Part shown: one piece after another, positions 1 through 5,768 of the stretch
Numbering within the stretch: the first letter of the stretch is position 1
Layout: each line of letters begins with the position of its first letter
Virus record (IMG/VR): IMGVR_UViG_3300030387_000005
Coordinates: 1-5,983 of that record
DNA: 5,983 nucleotides
Direction: 5' to 3' (one strand)
Origin: a virus
Notes under the pieces: generated by a model
What the model was told of the DNA's origin: nothing
What the model saw: only the letters and a program-made list of their open reading frames with translations
Databases searched by the model: none
Translations under genes and position numbers: made by a program

Positions 1-1005
1 CTTCTTCATTTGCTTCTTTATCACTCTTTCTTTTGTCTTACATTGCTCTGCAAAGTCTGCATTTTCGTATTTAAGCCGGTTCTCTGCTATGGCTGCTGCT
101 TGTCTGTTCTGTTTAATTCTCCATAATCTTTGTGGGTTTTCAGCTTCCATCATTTTTTCATAATAGCGTGGAATTTGTGCGCGTTTGCCGTTTGTGCATT
201 GGATATAGCCTTGTTTCCAGATTTCTGCTTTGTGCTCTTGGTAATAGTGGTCGCCTAAACCCGGCTTAAGGCTCATGCATGCGAATGGTTTTGTTTGCCC
301 TAGTTCGTAGTATGCGTTTGCTTTTTGACCGTCTATCTCATACATTTTTTTTGTGACGTATCCTGCAACATATCTATACGTTTCTGGTACTGCTTGTGCT
401 ATCTGTATTTGACCCATGCCCCAGATGTTTGCTAGCCATTTACTTGTGAAATATCCGTTGTGCTGTATTTTGTATAGGTGCTCTAGGTCTGTTGGTCTCC
501 ATCCATATAGAATCATATGGAAATGTGGTCTAGCTGTCTGCTCTCCGTATTCTCCCGCCACAAAATAGCGCAATTTGCCCCCATAAGCCTTCCTGAGGCG
601 TTTTAAGAACTTTTGAACGTCAGTATATAGCAAAATTTGGACGCTTTCAGGGCGCTTCTCTCCCGGCTTCCAGACGTATTGTACTTTTCGCATGATTTCA
701 CCTGTGTTTACTATCATGCCCGGTACATGTTCGTCATCATAGGTTAATGTGATAAACCAAACTTCTTCTTTTGGATAGTCTCGTGCTTCTAATTCTATTC
801 GTGTTGTCCAGTCCTCCCTTTGTCTGATTCTGCACCCGATGCACTGTCCGCATGGTATCAACATGATATCTTTTCTGTACATCAAATCTTCATATTTGAG
901 CTGTTTTCCCGCTAACTGAGAAAAGCGGGAGAGTGAATACACCCTCCCGCTAACGTCTTTATCGTTCGGGTTGTACAGCCTTATTAATGGCTTGTAGCAA
1001 CTCAT
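1..1005 (-). CDS. Replication initiator protein VP4 (rolling-circle Rep). This is the N-terminal 335 codons; the ORF continues across the circular junction to 5884..5870, for 339 aa in total.
   Basis: The minus-strand ORF starts with ATG at 1005..1003, which overlaps the VP2 TGA stop as ATGA. The SD-like AGGTGA lies 9 nt upstream. The translation MSCYKPLIRLYNPNDKD... contains the rolling-circle motifs FITLTYDDEH (motif I), RPHFHMILYG (HUH, motif II) and YVAGYVTKK (motif III with the catalytic Tyr). The frame stays open to position 1, so the ORF track missed it only because it crosses the window edge. Confidence 0.88.
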   Translation of the reverse strand, partial: MSCYKPLIRLYNPNDKDVSGRVYSLSRFSQLAGKQLKYEDLMYRKDIMLIPCGQCIGCRIRQREDWTTRIELEARDYPKEEVWFITLTYDDEHVPGMIVNTGEIMRKVQYVWKPGEKRPESVQILLYTDVQKFLKRLRKAYGGKLRYFVAGEYGEQTARPHFHMILYGWRPTDLEHLYKIQHNGYFTSKWLANIWGMGQIQIAQAVPETYRYVAGYVTKKMYEIDGQKANAYYELGQTKPFACMSLKPGLGDHYYQEHKAEIWKQGYIQCTNGKRAQIPRYYEKMMEAENPQRLWRIKQNRQAAAIAENRLKYENADFAEQCKTKERVIKKQMKK

Positions 1006-1865
1006 TTCAGGTAATCACCTGGCTTTCGCTTTTCTCCGTATGACCCCGTTTTATCTTGCGGTTTCATGCTTCTGTTTTGTTTTGCGCTTTTTTCTGTTTT
1101 TGCTGTTGCATCTGTAATGACCTTACTCGTGTCGTTTCCTACTTCTGTAAGCGTCTTTTGTAGTCCGTATGGCGTCATGTGTGTTGAACTAAGCATCTGT
1201 TGCCAGCTTTGTGCTGCATTGTACCAGTCGCTTTTGCTCCAGCTGCTGCTTTCGTATGCGTTCGGCACAAATCCTCCACTTCTGCTTACTCCTAGTGCGC
1301 TGCTGCTTGCAAGTCCCATACTTGCTCCGCTGATTGTTCCTGCACTTCCTCCCGGTGTGCTTGCGCCGCCGTTTGAGAATGCTAGGATAGGGTTAAGTCC
1401 CGCTTTTTTCATGTCCTCAACGGCTCGCTGGTATGCTGTGCTTGACATGTGTTCCTGCCATTCACGGTTTGCTAGTGCTTCTGCACTGTTGTAGTTCATT
1501 GCTACGCTGTTTTCAATGTGGTTGTATACGCCTTGCATGATTGCTTGCAAGGTGTTGTAACCCATCTGTTTTAACATGCTCTGACTGTTATATTTACCTT
1601 GCATGGCTGCTTCTTGCCCTTGGTATGCGTATGCCTGCTTTAGCCAGTCGTTGACCTGTTGCACGTTTGTGCCGGCTTGACTTCCGCTTTCGGAGTGTCC
1701 GCCGCCTTGGCTTATGCTGCCGCCGCTACTTTGGCTATTGCCTGTCTGTCCCCATCCGCCAAACGCTCCGGCTACGTTTTTAGCTGCTCCTGCAAAAGTT
1801 CCGATTGTGTTTGCCACGTTTCCCGCTACGTTTAGTGCTGTTAAGAATCCTGATAATGCACTCAT
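1002..1865 (-). CDS. Minor capsid / DNA pilot protein VP2 (287 aa).
   Basis: The 287-aa ORF has an ATG at 1865..1863. The sequence is Gly/Ser/Ala/Gln-rich and low in complexity, as is typical of gokushovirus VP2, and includes a conserved-looking segment AYQRAVEDMKKAGLNPILAF. It sits between VP1 and Rep, and its stop overlaps the Rep start. Confidence 0.75.
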   Translation of the reverse strand: MSALSGFLTALNVAGNVANTIGTFAGAAKNVAGAFGGWGQTGNSQSSGGSISQGGGHSESGSQAGTNVQQVNDWLKQAYAYQGQEAAMQGKYNSQSMLKQMGYNTLQAIMQGVYNHIENSVAMNYNSAEALANREWQEHMSSTAYQRAVEDMKKAGLNPILAFSNGGASTPGGSAGTISGASMGLASSSALGVSRSGGFVPNAYESSSWSKSDWYNAAQSWQQMLSSTHMTPYGLQKTLTEVGNDTSKVITDATAKTEKSAKQNRSMKPQDKTGSYGEKRKPGDYLK

Positions 1866-1903
1866 TTAAAAATAGCCCGGATTTCTCCGGGCTTCCTCCT
1901 TTC
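1866..1903 (-). promoter_or_regulatory. Stem-loop in the VP1-VP2 junction, which may be a partial terminator, an attenuator, or a translation-coupling element.
   Basis: An 8-bp stem, AGCCCGGA (1874-1881) paired with TCCGGGCT (1886-1893), encloses a 4-nt loop. On the mRNA it is followed by ATTTTTAA and then the VP2 ATG. The VP2 SD, AAGGAGG (1903..1897), lies 5' of the hairpin, 31 nt from the ATG when the sequence is unfolded. Confidence 0.45.
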
Positions 1904-3586
1904 TTACAGTTTGTACAAGCCCGGTACGCTGTACAGTGGCATCCGTCTTGTGGTTTTGTTTGCTACACGGATTGCGCCGAAAAATTGGGGTTCATTTTGC
2001 ACGATGAGCGTGCGCGCAATCTCGATTTTTCCTTCTTCCATCCAGTCTTGCGACAGTGTTGGTACGCTGCTATAATTGTCAGCATAATGCCAGAAATCCA
2101 GCGTTCCGGTTGCGTTACTTCTCATGAGGCCGGATACCCGGTTAGGCTTCATGCGATAGTCTGCCCAAGCTTCCTGATATCCGAAGGTTTCTTCGTCACT
2201 TGCATTGCCGGTTAACATGATTTCTTTTTTCTTTACCGGCTGCTCACCTAAGTTTGCGAACTGTGGCACATAGTAGTCAAGCCTGTCACTTCTGCTCCAG
2301 AAGCGTTCCAAGCCTTGCTGATAACTGCGATTGTGTCGCACACAACATACGCCGATGACGAAACCATGCTCCTCAAAAGATTTTGTGAAGCTGCTTTCAT
2401 TGATTGGCGTTACCGACATTGCACCGGTTTCACCAATTGGAGTGTCATTGTTGGTCTGCTGTCCGCTGGTTTGCACGATTTGGTTAATGTTTACATGATA
2501 TCTGCCACCGCCAAGGTATTCCGGCACCTGCACGGTTTTATCGCTGATTACCACGTTCCACAGTGCTTGTACCTGTTCACGGTATCTGCTGCCGCCTCTT
2601 GCTAGTGCTTCGTAGTACTGTTGTACCGCTATGGCTTTTCGTAAGTCGTTGATGGTTGCTGCAGTAACTGTGCTAAGGTCTGCATACATCCAGCCGCCCG
2701 TACCTGCTTCACCGGATGTATTTTCTGTTCCGGTAAATTGCATCTTCTTTTTTTCTCCCGGGGATCCTGTTTCTTGTGTATAGACTAGACTTCCGGGTTT
2801 GTTCAATGTACTTGTTGACCCCAGTACCATTTGTACCGGTGACGGAAAATCTTCGTATTCCAAAGATTTATCGCCTAATCTTATAGGTGCGTTACCCTGC
2901 ATTGGCATCGTCACTGCCGGTCCGCGCTGCGGATAAGGTAGGCAGCTGGTAAAGTAGTCGTGGAATTTGTTTACCGGTAACAGGTTTCCGCCTTTGTATG
3001 CGTTGTTTTCTGCTTCTTGTACCCAATCTTCTTTTCCAAACTCGTATACCAAGTTGGTATCGTCTGTTTTCAGCGTTGCTATGTTATCTACGTTTTCGTC
3101 TCTGAAAAATTCATTCCAGATTTTTACATACGCTCTTACGGGTAGTGCGTTAATCATAAACGGTTTTTTGATTTTGGTTGGCACTCCCATATAGTCTAGT
3201 ACGGACCTTTCGTCCGGTTTTGGTGTGCTATCCGTCCCATTGATTATGAGTTTTGGCGTTGCATATTCTTTTTTTGGCATCCATGGCGTTGCTTCTACTT
3301 CTCCCATGAAGTATTTGAAGTTGTCCCACAGAATTCTGTTGGGACAGTAGAAGTAGTAGAAGTCGATAAATGCATCGTCCATTACCGGGTACTTCGGCGT
3401 GGTCATGCGGATGATAGCTGATGTATCCACGCTGAAGGTATCGCCCGGTAATACCTCGTCAACATAAAATGGAATCAGCTTGCCAGAGTCGAACGTTGTT
3501 AAGATTGTCTGGTCGCGGTTGAATCGCGTTCGGCTCGCTCTCATTTCTGGAATTTGATTGAAGTGCCTTTCATTGTTTCGGTTCAC
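1904..3586 (-). CDS. Major capsid protein VP1 (560 aa) of the Microviridae, a homologue of protein F. It uses a GTG start.
   Basis: The N-terminus RHFNQIPEMRASRTRFNRDQTILTTFDSGKLIPFYVDEVLPGDTF matches the conserved gokushovirus VP1 N-terminal signature, which has the form TTFDxGxLIP....EVLPGDTF. The GTG at 3586..3584 is preceded by AGAGGAGGAAG and overlaps the VP3 TGA stop as GTGA. An in-frame TAA lies 21 nt upstream, so no ATG start is available. Confidence 0.9.
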   Translation of the reverse strand: MNRNNERHFNQIPEMRASRTRFNRDQTILTTFDSGKLIPFYVDEVLPGDTFSVDTSAIIRMTTPKYPVMDDAFIDFYYFYCPNRILWDNFKYFMGEVEATPWMPKKEYATPKLIINGTDSTPKPDERSVLDYMGVPTKIKKPFMINALPVRAYVKIWNEFFRDENVDNIATLKTDDTNLVYEFGKEDWVQEAENNAYKGGNLLPVNKFHDYFTSCLPYPQRGPAVTMPMQGNAPIRLGDKSLEYEDFPSPVQMVLGSTSTLNKPGSLVYTQETGSPGEKKKMQFTGTENTSGEAGTGGWMYADLSTVTAATINDLRKAIAVQQYYEALARGGSRYREQVQALWNVVISDKTVQVPEYLGGGRYHVNINQIVQTSGQQTNNDTPIGETGAMSVTPINESSFTKSFEEHGFVIGVCCVRHNRSYQQGLERFWSRSDRLDYYVPQFANLGEQPVKKKEIMLTGNASDEETFGYQEAWADYRMKPNRVSGLMRSNATGTLDFWHYADNYSSVPTLSQDWMEEGKIEIARTLIVQNEPQFFGAIRVANKTTRRMPLYSVPGLYKL

Positions 3587-3981
3587 TTTTCTTCCTCCTC
3601 TTTTTTAGTTTCCGCTTTTGGCTTTTCCGTTGCCATTTTTTGCAGTTCCTCAAGTTTCATGGCGTTTGCCTGTGCGGTCGCTACCATGCGGTGATATTCA
3701 TGGATGTTTTGCGGAAATTCTGTAATATCCGTGTATGTGTCGTTTAATGCTCCTTCTGACAGGCTTTTCAGAAACTGCGGGTCAAAACTTGCTTTTCGGA
3801 CGATGTTTTTGATATCACATTCGTCCGCATAGCTTTCAATTTCCTGCTGGATGTCGATTGGTGTAGTTTCTTGCAGCACTTCTTGCCCTTTTTCGTCCTT
3901 CGTCCAGACGTATTGTTTTTGGAGCTTTTCGCCTGATTTAGAAAAGAAGGGCTTTCGCCCCTCTTCGTATCGTTTATTCAT
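3583..3981 (-). CDS. Internal scaffolding protein VP3 (132 aa, counted from the RBS-supported ATG). The open frame extends upstream to 4089.
   Basis: The ATG at 3981..3979 is preceded by GGGAGGG with an 8-nt spacer and overlaps the TAA of the upstream ORF. The protein is acidic and lysine-rich, and its C-terminus KAETKKEEEEK and its position immediately 5' of VP1 are typical of gokushovirus VP3. Confidence 0.7.
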   Translation of the reverse strand: MNKRYEEGRKPFFSKSGEKLQKQYVWTKDEKGQEVLQETTPIDIQQEIESYADECDIKNIVRKASFDPQFLKSLSEGALNDTYTDITEFPQNIHEYHRMVATAQANAMKLEELQKMATEKPKAETKKEEEEK

Positions 3982-4213
3982 GCGGCTTGCCCTCCCATAC
4001 TTTTTCCTTGCAGTTCTCAAAAGCTCCGGTCTCGTCGTTAAATTCTGCCAGCTTGAAGCCGGTGTAGTCGCCCGGCGCCTGACCCACAAAGGTTTTTTCG
4101 TCCTTCGCCATTATGTTGCACATACGTGCAAAGGTTGCATTGCTCTTGTTCTCGCCTACCCATGCGTAGCATTTTGCCACGCTATCCCACAGGCCAAAAT
4201 ATTCATGCTTCAT
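3974..4213 (-). CDS. Hypothetical protein (79 aa) of unknown function.
   Basis: The ATG at 4213..4211 is preceded by AAGGAG with a 9-nt spacer. Its stop is coupled to the VP3 start through the sequence CATGAATAA. The product MKHEYFGLWDSVAKCYAWVGENKS... contains three Cys residues, and I recognise no family for it. Confidence 0.6.
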   Translation of the reverse strand: MKHEYFGLWDSVAKCYAWVGENKSNATFARMCNIMAKDEKTFVGQAPGDYTGFKLAEFNDETGAFENCKEKVWEGKPHE

Positions 4214-4232
4214 GATATCTGTTCTCCTTTTT

Positions 4233-4355
4233 TTACAGCCGGATGCCGCCGCGCATAGGCTTTTGGCTAAGGTTGATGCTTTTTGTTTTTCTTGCTGTTA
4301 CGTTAAACATACGGCGGTCTTTTGCGCCGCTCATGCTTTTACGATGTCGTGCCAT
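4233..4355 (-). CDS. Small, highly basic, putative DNA-binding protein (40 aa). It resembles the gokushovirus ORF8 protein and the phiX174 J protein, and it is absent from the ORF track.
   Basis: Manual translation of the minus strand gives MARHRKSMSGAKDRRMFNVTARKTKSINLSQKPMRGGIRL*, about 30% Arg/Lys. The ATG at 4355..4353 is preceded by AAGGGAG with a 7-nt spacer and overlaps the last 17 nt of the upstream gene. An alternative internal start at 4334 would give a 33-aa product. Confidence 0.55.
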   Translation of the reverse strand: MARHRKSMSGAKDRRMFNVTARKTKSINLSQKPMRGGIRL

Positions 4356-4560
4356 TGTCGTACTCCCTTCTAAGTAACTCTAACTGTATGTCGTTTGCCA
4401 GTGCTTTCATAGACCATATATTGTCTATCATTGCTTGTGCATCTTCGAGCCTTGACATTTTTTTAAGCAGCCTATAACTTTTTTCTATTTCTTTGTATAG
4501 GCTTTCCACTTTTGTTCTTAGTGCTTCTTCGGTCTGGTCGCGTATATTCCATGTTTTCAT
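4339..4560 (-). CDS. Hypothetical helical, possibly coiled-coil protein (73 aa from the RBS-supported ATG). The ORF track extends it to 4575.
   Basis: GGAGGG lies 7 nt upstream of the ATG at 4560..4558 (MKTWNIRDQTEEALRTKVESLYKEIEK...). The upstream ATG at 4575 has no SD and sits only 2 nt after the preceding stop. Confidence 0.55.
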   Translation of the reverse strand: MKTWNIRDQTEEALRTKVESLYKEIEKSYRLLKKMSRLEDAQAMIDNIWSMKALANDIQLELLRREYDNGTTS

Positions 4561-4577
4561 TCTAGTGCCCTCCATGT

Positions 4578-4694
4578 TTACTTCTCTTCGCCGATGTTGT
4601 CGTGCAGCGCATGATAGATCTCGTCAAGCTTTTCGAGAATCTGCATCATAATGCGGATTGCCTGTTTGACGTCCTTAATGGAAATCAGTGCCAT
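4578..4694 (-). CDS. Hypothetical small protein (38 aa), below the ORF-track size cutoff.
   Basis: Manual translation gives MALISIKDVKQAIRIMMQILEKLDEIYHALHDNIGEEK*. A strong SD, AAGGGGG, lies 7 nt upstream, embedded in the 3' end of the peptidase gene. The ATG lies 2 nt after the peptidase TAA stop. Confidence 0.5.
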   Translation of the reverse strand: MALISIKDVKQAIRIMMQILEKLDEIYHALHDNIGEEK

Positions 4695-4696
4695 TG

Positions 4697-5089
4697 TTAC
4701 ACCCCCTTTCTGTATTTTTTTCCGTCTCGCACATCAAAGTGTACCCAACTGTTGTATACGATAATGCCGCATCCATTCGGGACGATTTCATCCAGTTTTT
4801 TGGCAAGCTCTTTTGTTTTCATTCCGTTTACCTTTATGTCCGCTGCCATGCCGCGCATGTGGTAGCTGTATTTTGCTCCACTGCATTTTGTGTTCCACCA
4901 TGGCGTTCTGTATCCGCTGGTGATAATGATTGGTTTTCCTAGCTTGTTTCGTAAGATATCCAGAATGGTGCACAGGTAGTCGTCTATGAATACTACCTGG
5001 CTGCCGTCTTGACAAGCAAATTCTTTTACTTTGAAGTACTGTCCTACTTTTTCGTTTGAGCTCGTGTCCATGATATAGCTTTTAATCAT
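4697..5089 (-). CDS. Zinc peptidase of family M15, of the M15A / Peptidase_M15_3 type, a putative peptidoglycan hydrolase (130 aa from the ATG).
   Basis: The product carries SGYRTPWWN ... YHMRGMAADIKV ... WVHFDVRD, which matches the spacing of the H-x-D ... H zinc-ligand pattern and the SxHxxGxAxD motif of LAS-type M15 peptidases. GGAGG lies 9 nt upstream of the ATG at 5089..5087, which overlaps the upstream stop through ATGATTAA. The ORF-track start at 5119 is a TTG extension. Confidence 0.75.
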   Translation of the reverse strand: MIKSYIMDTSSNEKVGQYFKVKEFACQDGSQVVFIDDYLCTILDILRNKLGKPIIITSGYRTPWWNTKCSGAKYSYHMRGMAADIKVNGMKTKELAKKLDEIVPNGCGIIVYNSWVHFDVRDGKKYRKGV

Positions 5090-5273
5090 TTCCGTCAACC
5101 TCCGTGAAGTATACTTCAACCGTTTCGACTCTTTTTAGTGAATACAATCCCGGGTTTTCTTCTGCGTATGCTTTTGCACGTTTTTTCGCGTCCCTTGGCT
5201 CTTCTGTCATTCTGAGCACGATTGTTGTGGTTGCATCGCTGTTTAATGCTCTGAGTTCGTAGTTGTGTTTCAT
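5082..5273 (-). CDS. Hypothetical protein (63 aa). It is the first gene of the operon.
   Basis: The ATG at 5273..5271 is preceded by AAGGGGG with an 8-nt spacer and lies about 22 nt downstream of the predicted transcription start. The ORF-track extension to 5330 would begin inside the promoter -35 box, so that start is rejected. The product is MKHNYELRALNSDATTTIVLRMTEEPRDAKKRAKAYAEENPGLYSLKRVETVEVYFTEVDGND. Confidence 0.55.
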   Translation of the reverse strand: MKHNYELRALNSDATTTIVLRMTEEPRDAKKRAKAYAEENPGLYSLKRVETVEVYFTEVDGND

Positions 5274-5301
5274 TTTAATTGCCCCCTTTTTTTCTGATTT
5301 C

Positions 5302-5330
5302 ATTATATCATATGTCAATAGGGATTTCAA
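5302..5330 (-). promoter_or_regulatory. Sigma70-type promoter that drives the minus-strand operon covering the whole genome.
   Basis: On the minus strand the sequence reads TTGAAA, a 17-nt spacer, then TGaTATAAT. That places the -35 box at 5330..5325 and the extended -10 box at 5310..5302. The predicted transcription start is near 5295, followed by a 5' UTR carrying AAGGGGG upstream of the first ATG. Confidence 0.6.
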
Positions 5331-5415
5331 TGATTTTGCTGTTTTGTAATATATTTGTAACTTTCTCTTGTAACCTGGTTTTGCCCCTTTGGTTTGAAAG
5401 CGCTTTAGCGCTCTG

Positions 5416-5442
5416 CCGTGCGGAGCGTATGCGGAGCTCGGC
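5416..5442. repeat. Tandem direct repeat of TGCGGAGC, flanked by the inverted pair GCCG and CGGC.
   Basis: TGCGGAGC occurs at 5420-5427 and again at 5430-5437, 10 bp apart. The adjacent sequence AGCGCTTTAGCGCT (5398-5411) is two copies of the palindrome AGCGCT. Confidence 0.4.
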
Positions 5443-5470
5443 TAATTCTTTCATTGTTAGCGCTGTGCGC

Positions 5471-5646
5471 GTTTTCAACACTTTCAACACTTTCAACAGG
5501 TTTTCCACAAAATGTTGCACAATGATTTTCGTTATTTTGACGAACTTTCAACATTTCAACAAGTTTTCAACAAAACTTTCAACATTGTTTTTCGCTTTTT
5601 ATTTACGCTTTAGCGTTAAATTTTAGTACTTTTCAACTTTTCCACT
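5471..5646. repeat. Iteron array of the heptamer TTTCAAC on the plus strand, which is GTTGAAA on the coding strand.
   Basis: Three tandem 9-mers, CTTTCAACA, lie at 5473-5497. Four more copies lie at 5546-5552, 5554-5560, 5565-5571 and 5577-5583, and another at 5631-5637. Variants TTTCCAC lie at 5502-5508 and 5640-5646. An inverted copy lies at 5394-5400, and the promoter -35 box at 5325-5330 is a further copy. Confidence 0.7.
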
Positions 5647-5720
5647 GCCTCTACTACTACTCCTACAACAAGTTATATATTATACGGCGCTTGTGAGCTT
5701 GCGAACAATAGCGCCGAAAA

Positions 5721-5768
5721 GGCCGCGCGTGCGCGCGTGCGCGCTTCGCGCGCGTGCGCACGCGCGAT
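5721..5768. repeat. GC-rich palindrome made of alternating purines and pyrimidines. It has hairpin and Z-DNA potential.
   Basis: The sequence is GGCCGCGCGTGCGCGCGTGCGCGC TT CGCGCGCGTGCGCACGCGCG. Positions 5724-5743 can pair with 5766-5747 over about 20 positions, giving 18 Watson-Crick pairs and 2 G-T pairs, with a CTT loop. It is an isolated GC island in an otherwise AT/T-rich control region. Confidence 0.65.

Noticed and set aside
3982-4089. N-terminal 36-codon extension of VP3 in the ORF track, taking it to 168 aa.
   Set aside because: The extension overlaps the 79-aa gene and has no RBS. The internal ATG at 3981 has GGGAGGG at 8 nt and the typical stop/start coupling.
1066-4258. Plus-strand ORFs at 1066-1494, 1805-2215, 2315-2605, 2967-3194 and 3851-4258.
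   Set aside because: All lie antisense to well-supported capsid, Rep or scaffold genes. Their translations are low-complexity and Leu/Phe/Ser/Cys-rich, as expected from reading the T-rich complement. None has an SD or start context, and Microviridae encode all genes on one strand.
5090-5330. Extended starts for the peptidase (TTG at 5119) and for the 63-aa ORF (5330).
   Set aside because: These are non-ATG starts chosen by maximal ORF extension. The 5330 start lies inside the promoter -35 element, upstream of the predicted transcription start. Downstream ATGs carry strong SD sequences.
5471-5500. Tandem 9-bp repeats considered as a possible CRISPR array or satellite.
   Set aside because: The repeat unit is only 9 bp with no spacers. 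A CRISPR array needs repeats of about 24-48 bp alternating with unique spacers. These are iteron or binding-site repeats.
5308-5520. Minus-strand 70-aa ORF (GTG start; 48 aa from the ATG at 5454) running through the iteron array into the promoter.
   Set aside because: There is no Shine-Dalgarno site before either start, and the ORF ends inside the -35 box and spacer of the only recognisable promoter. Its sequence is largely the iteron repeat read in frame (LKVLKVLK). It is most likely non-coding, although a small basic regulator cannot be fully excluded.
4602-5626. Plus-strand ORFs at 4602-4865, 4688-4942 and 5279-5626, and a minus-strand ORF at 4788-5015.
   Set aside because: They are antisense or out of frame within the peptidase and small-ORF block. 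The 5279-5626 ORF starts at TTG and consists of translated iteron repeats (FNTFNTFNRFSTK...). The 4788-5015 ORF is an alternative frame inside the peptidase gene and has no RBS.
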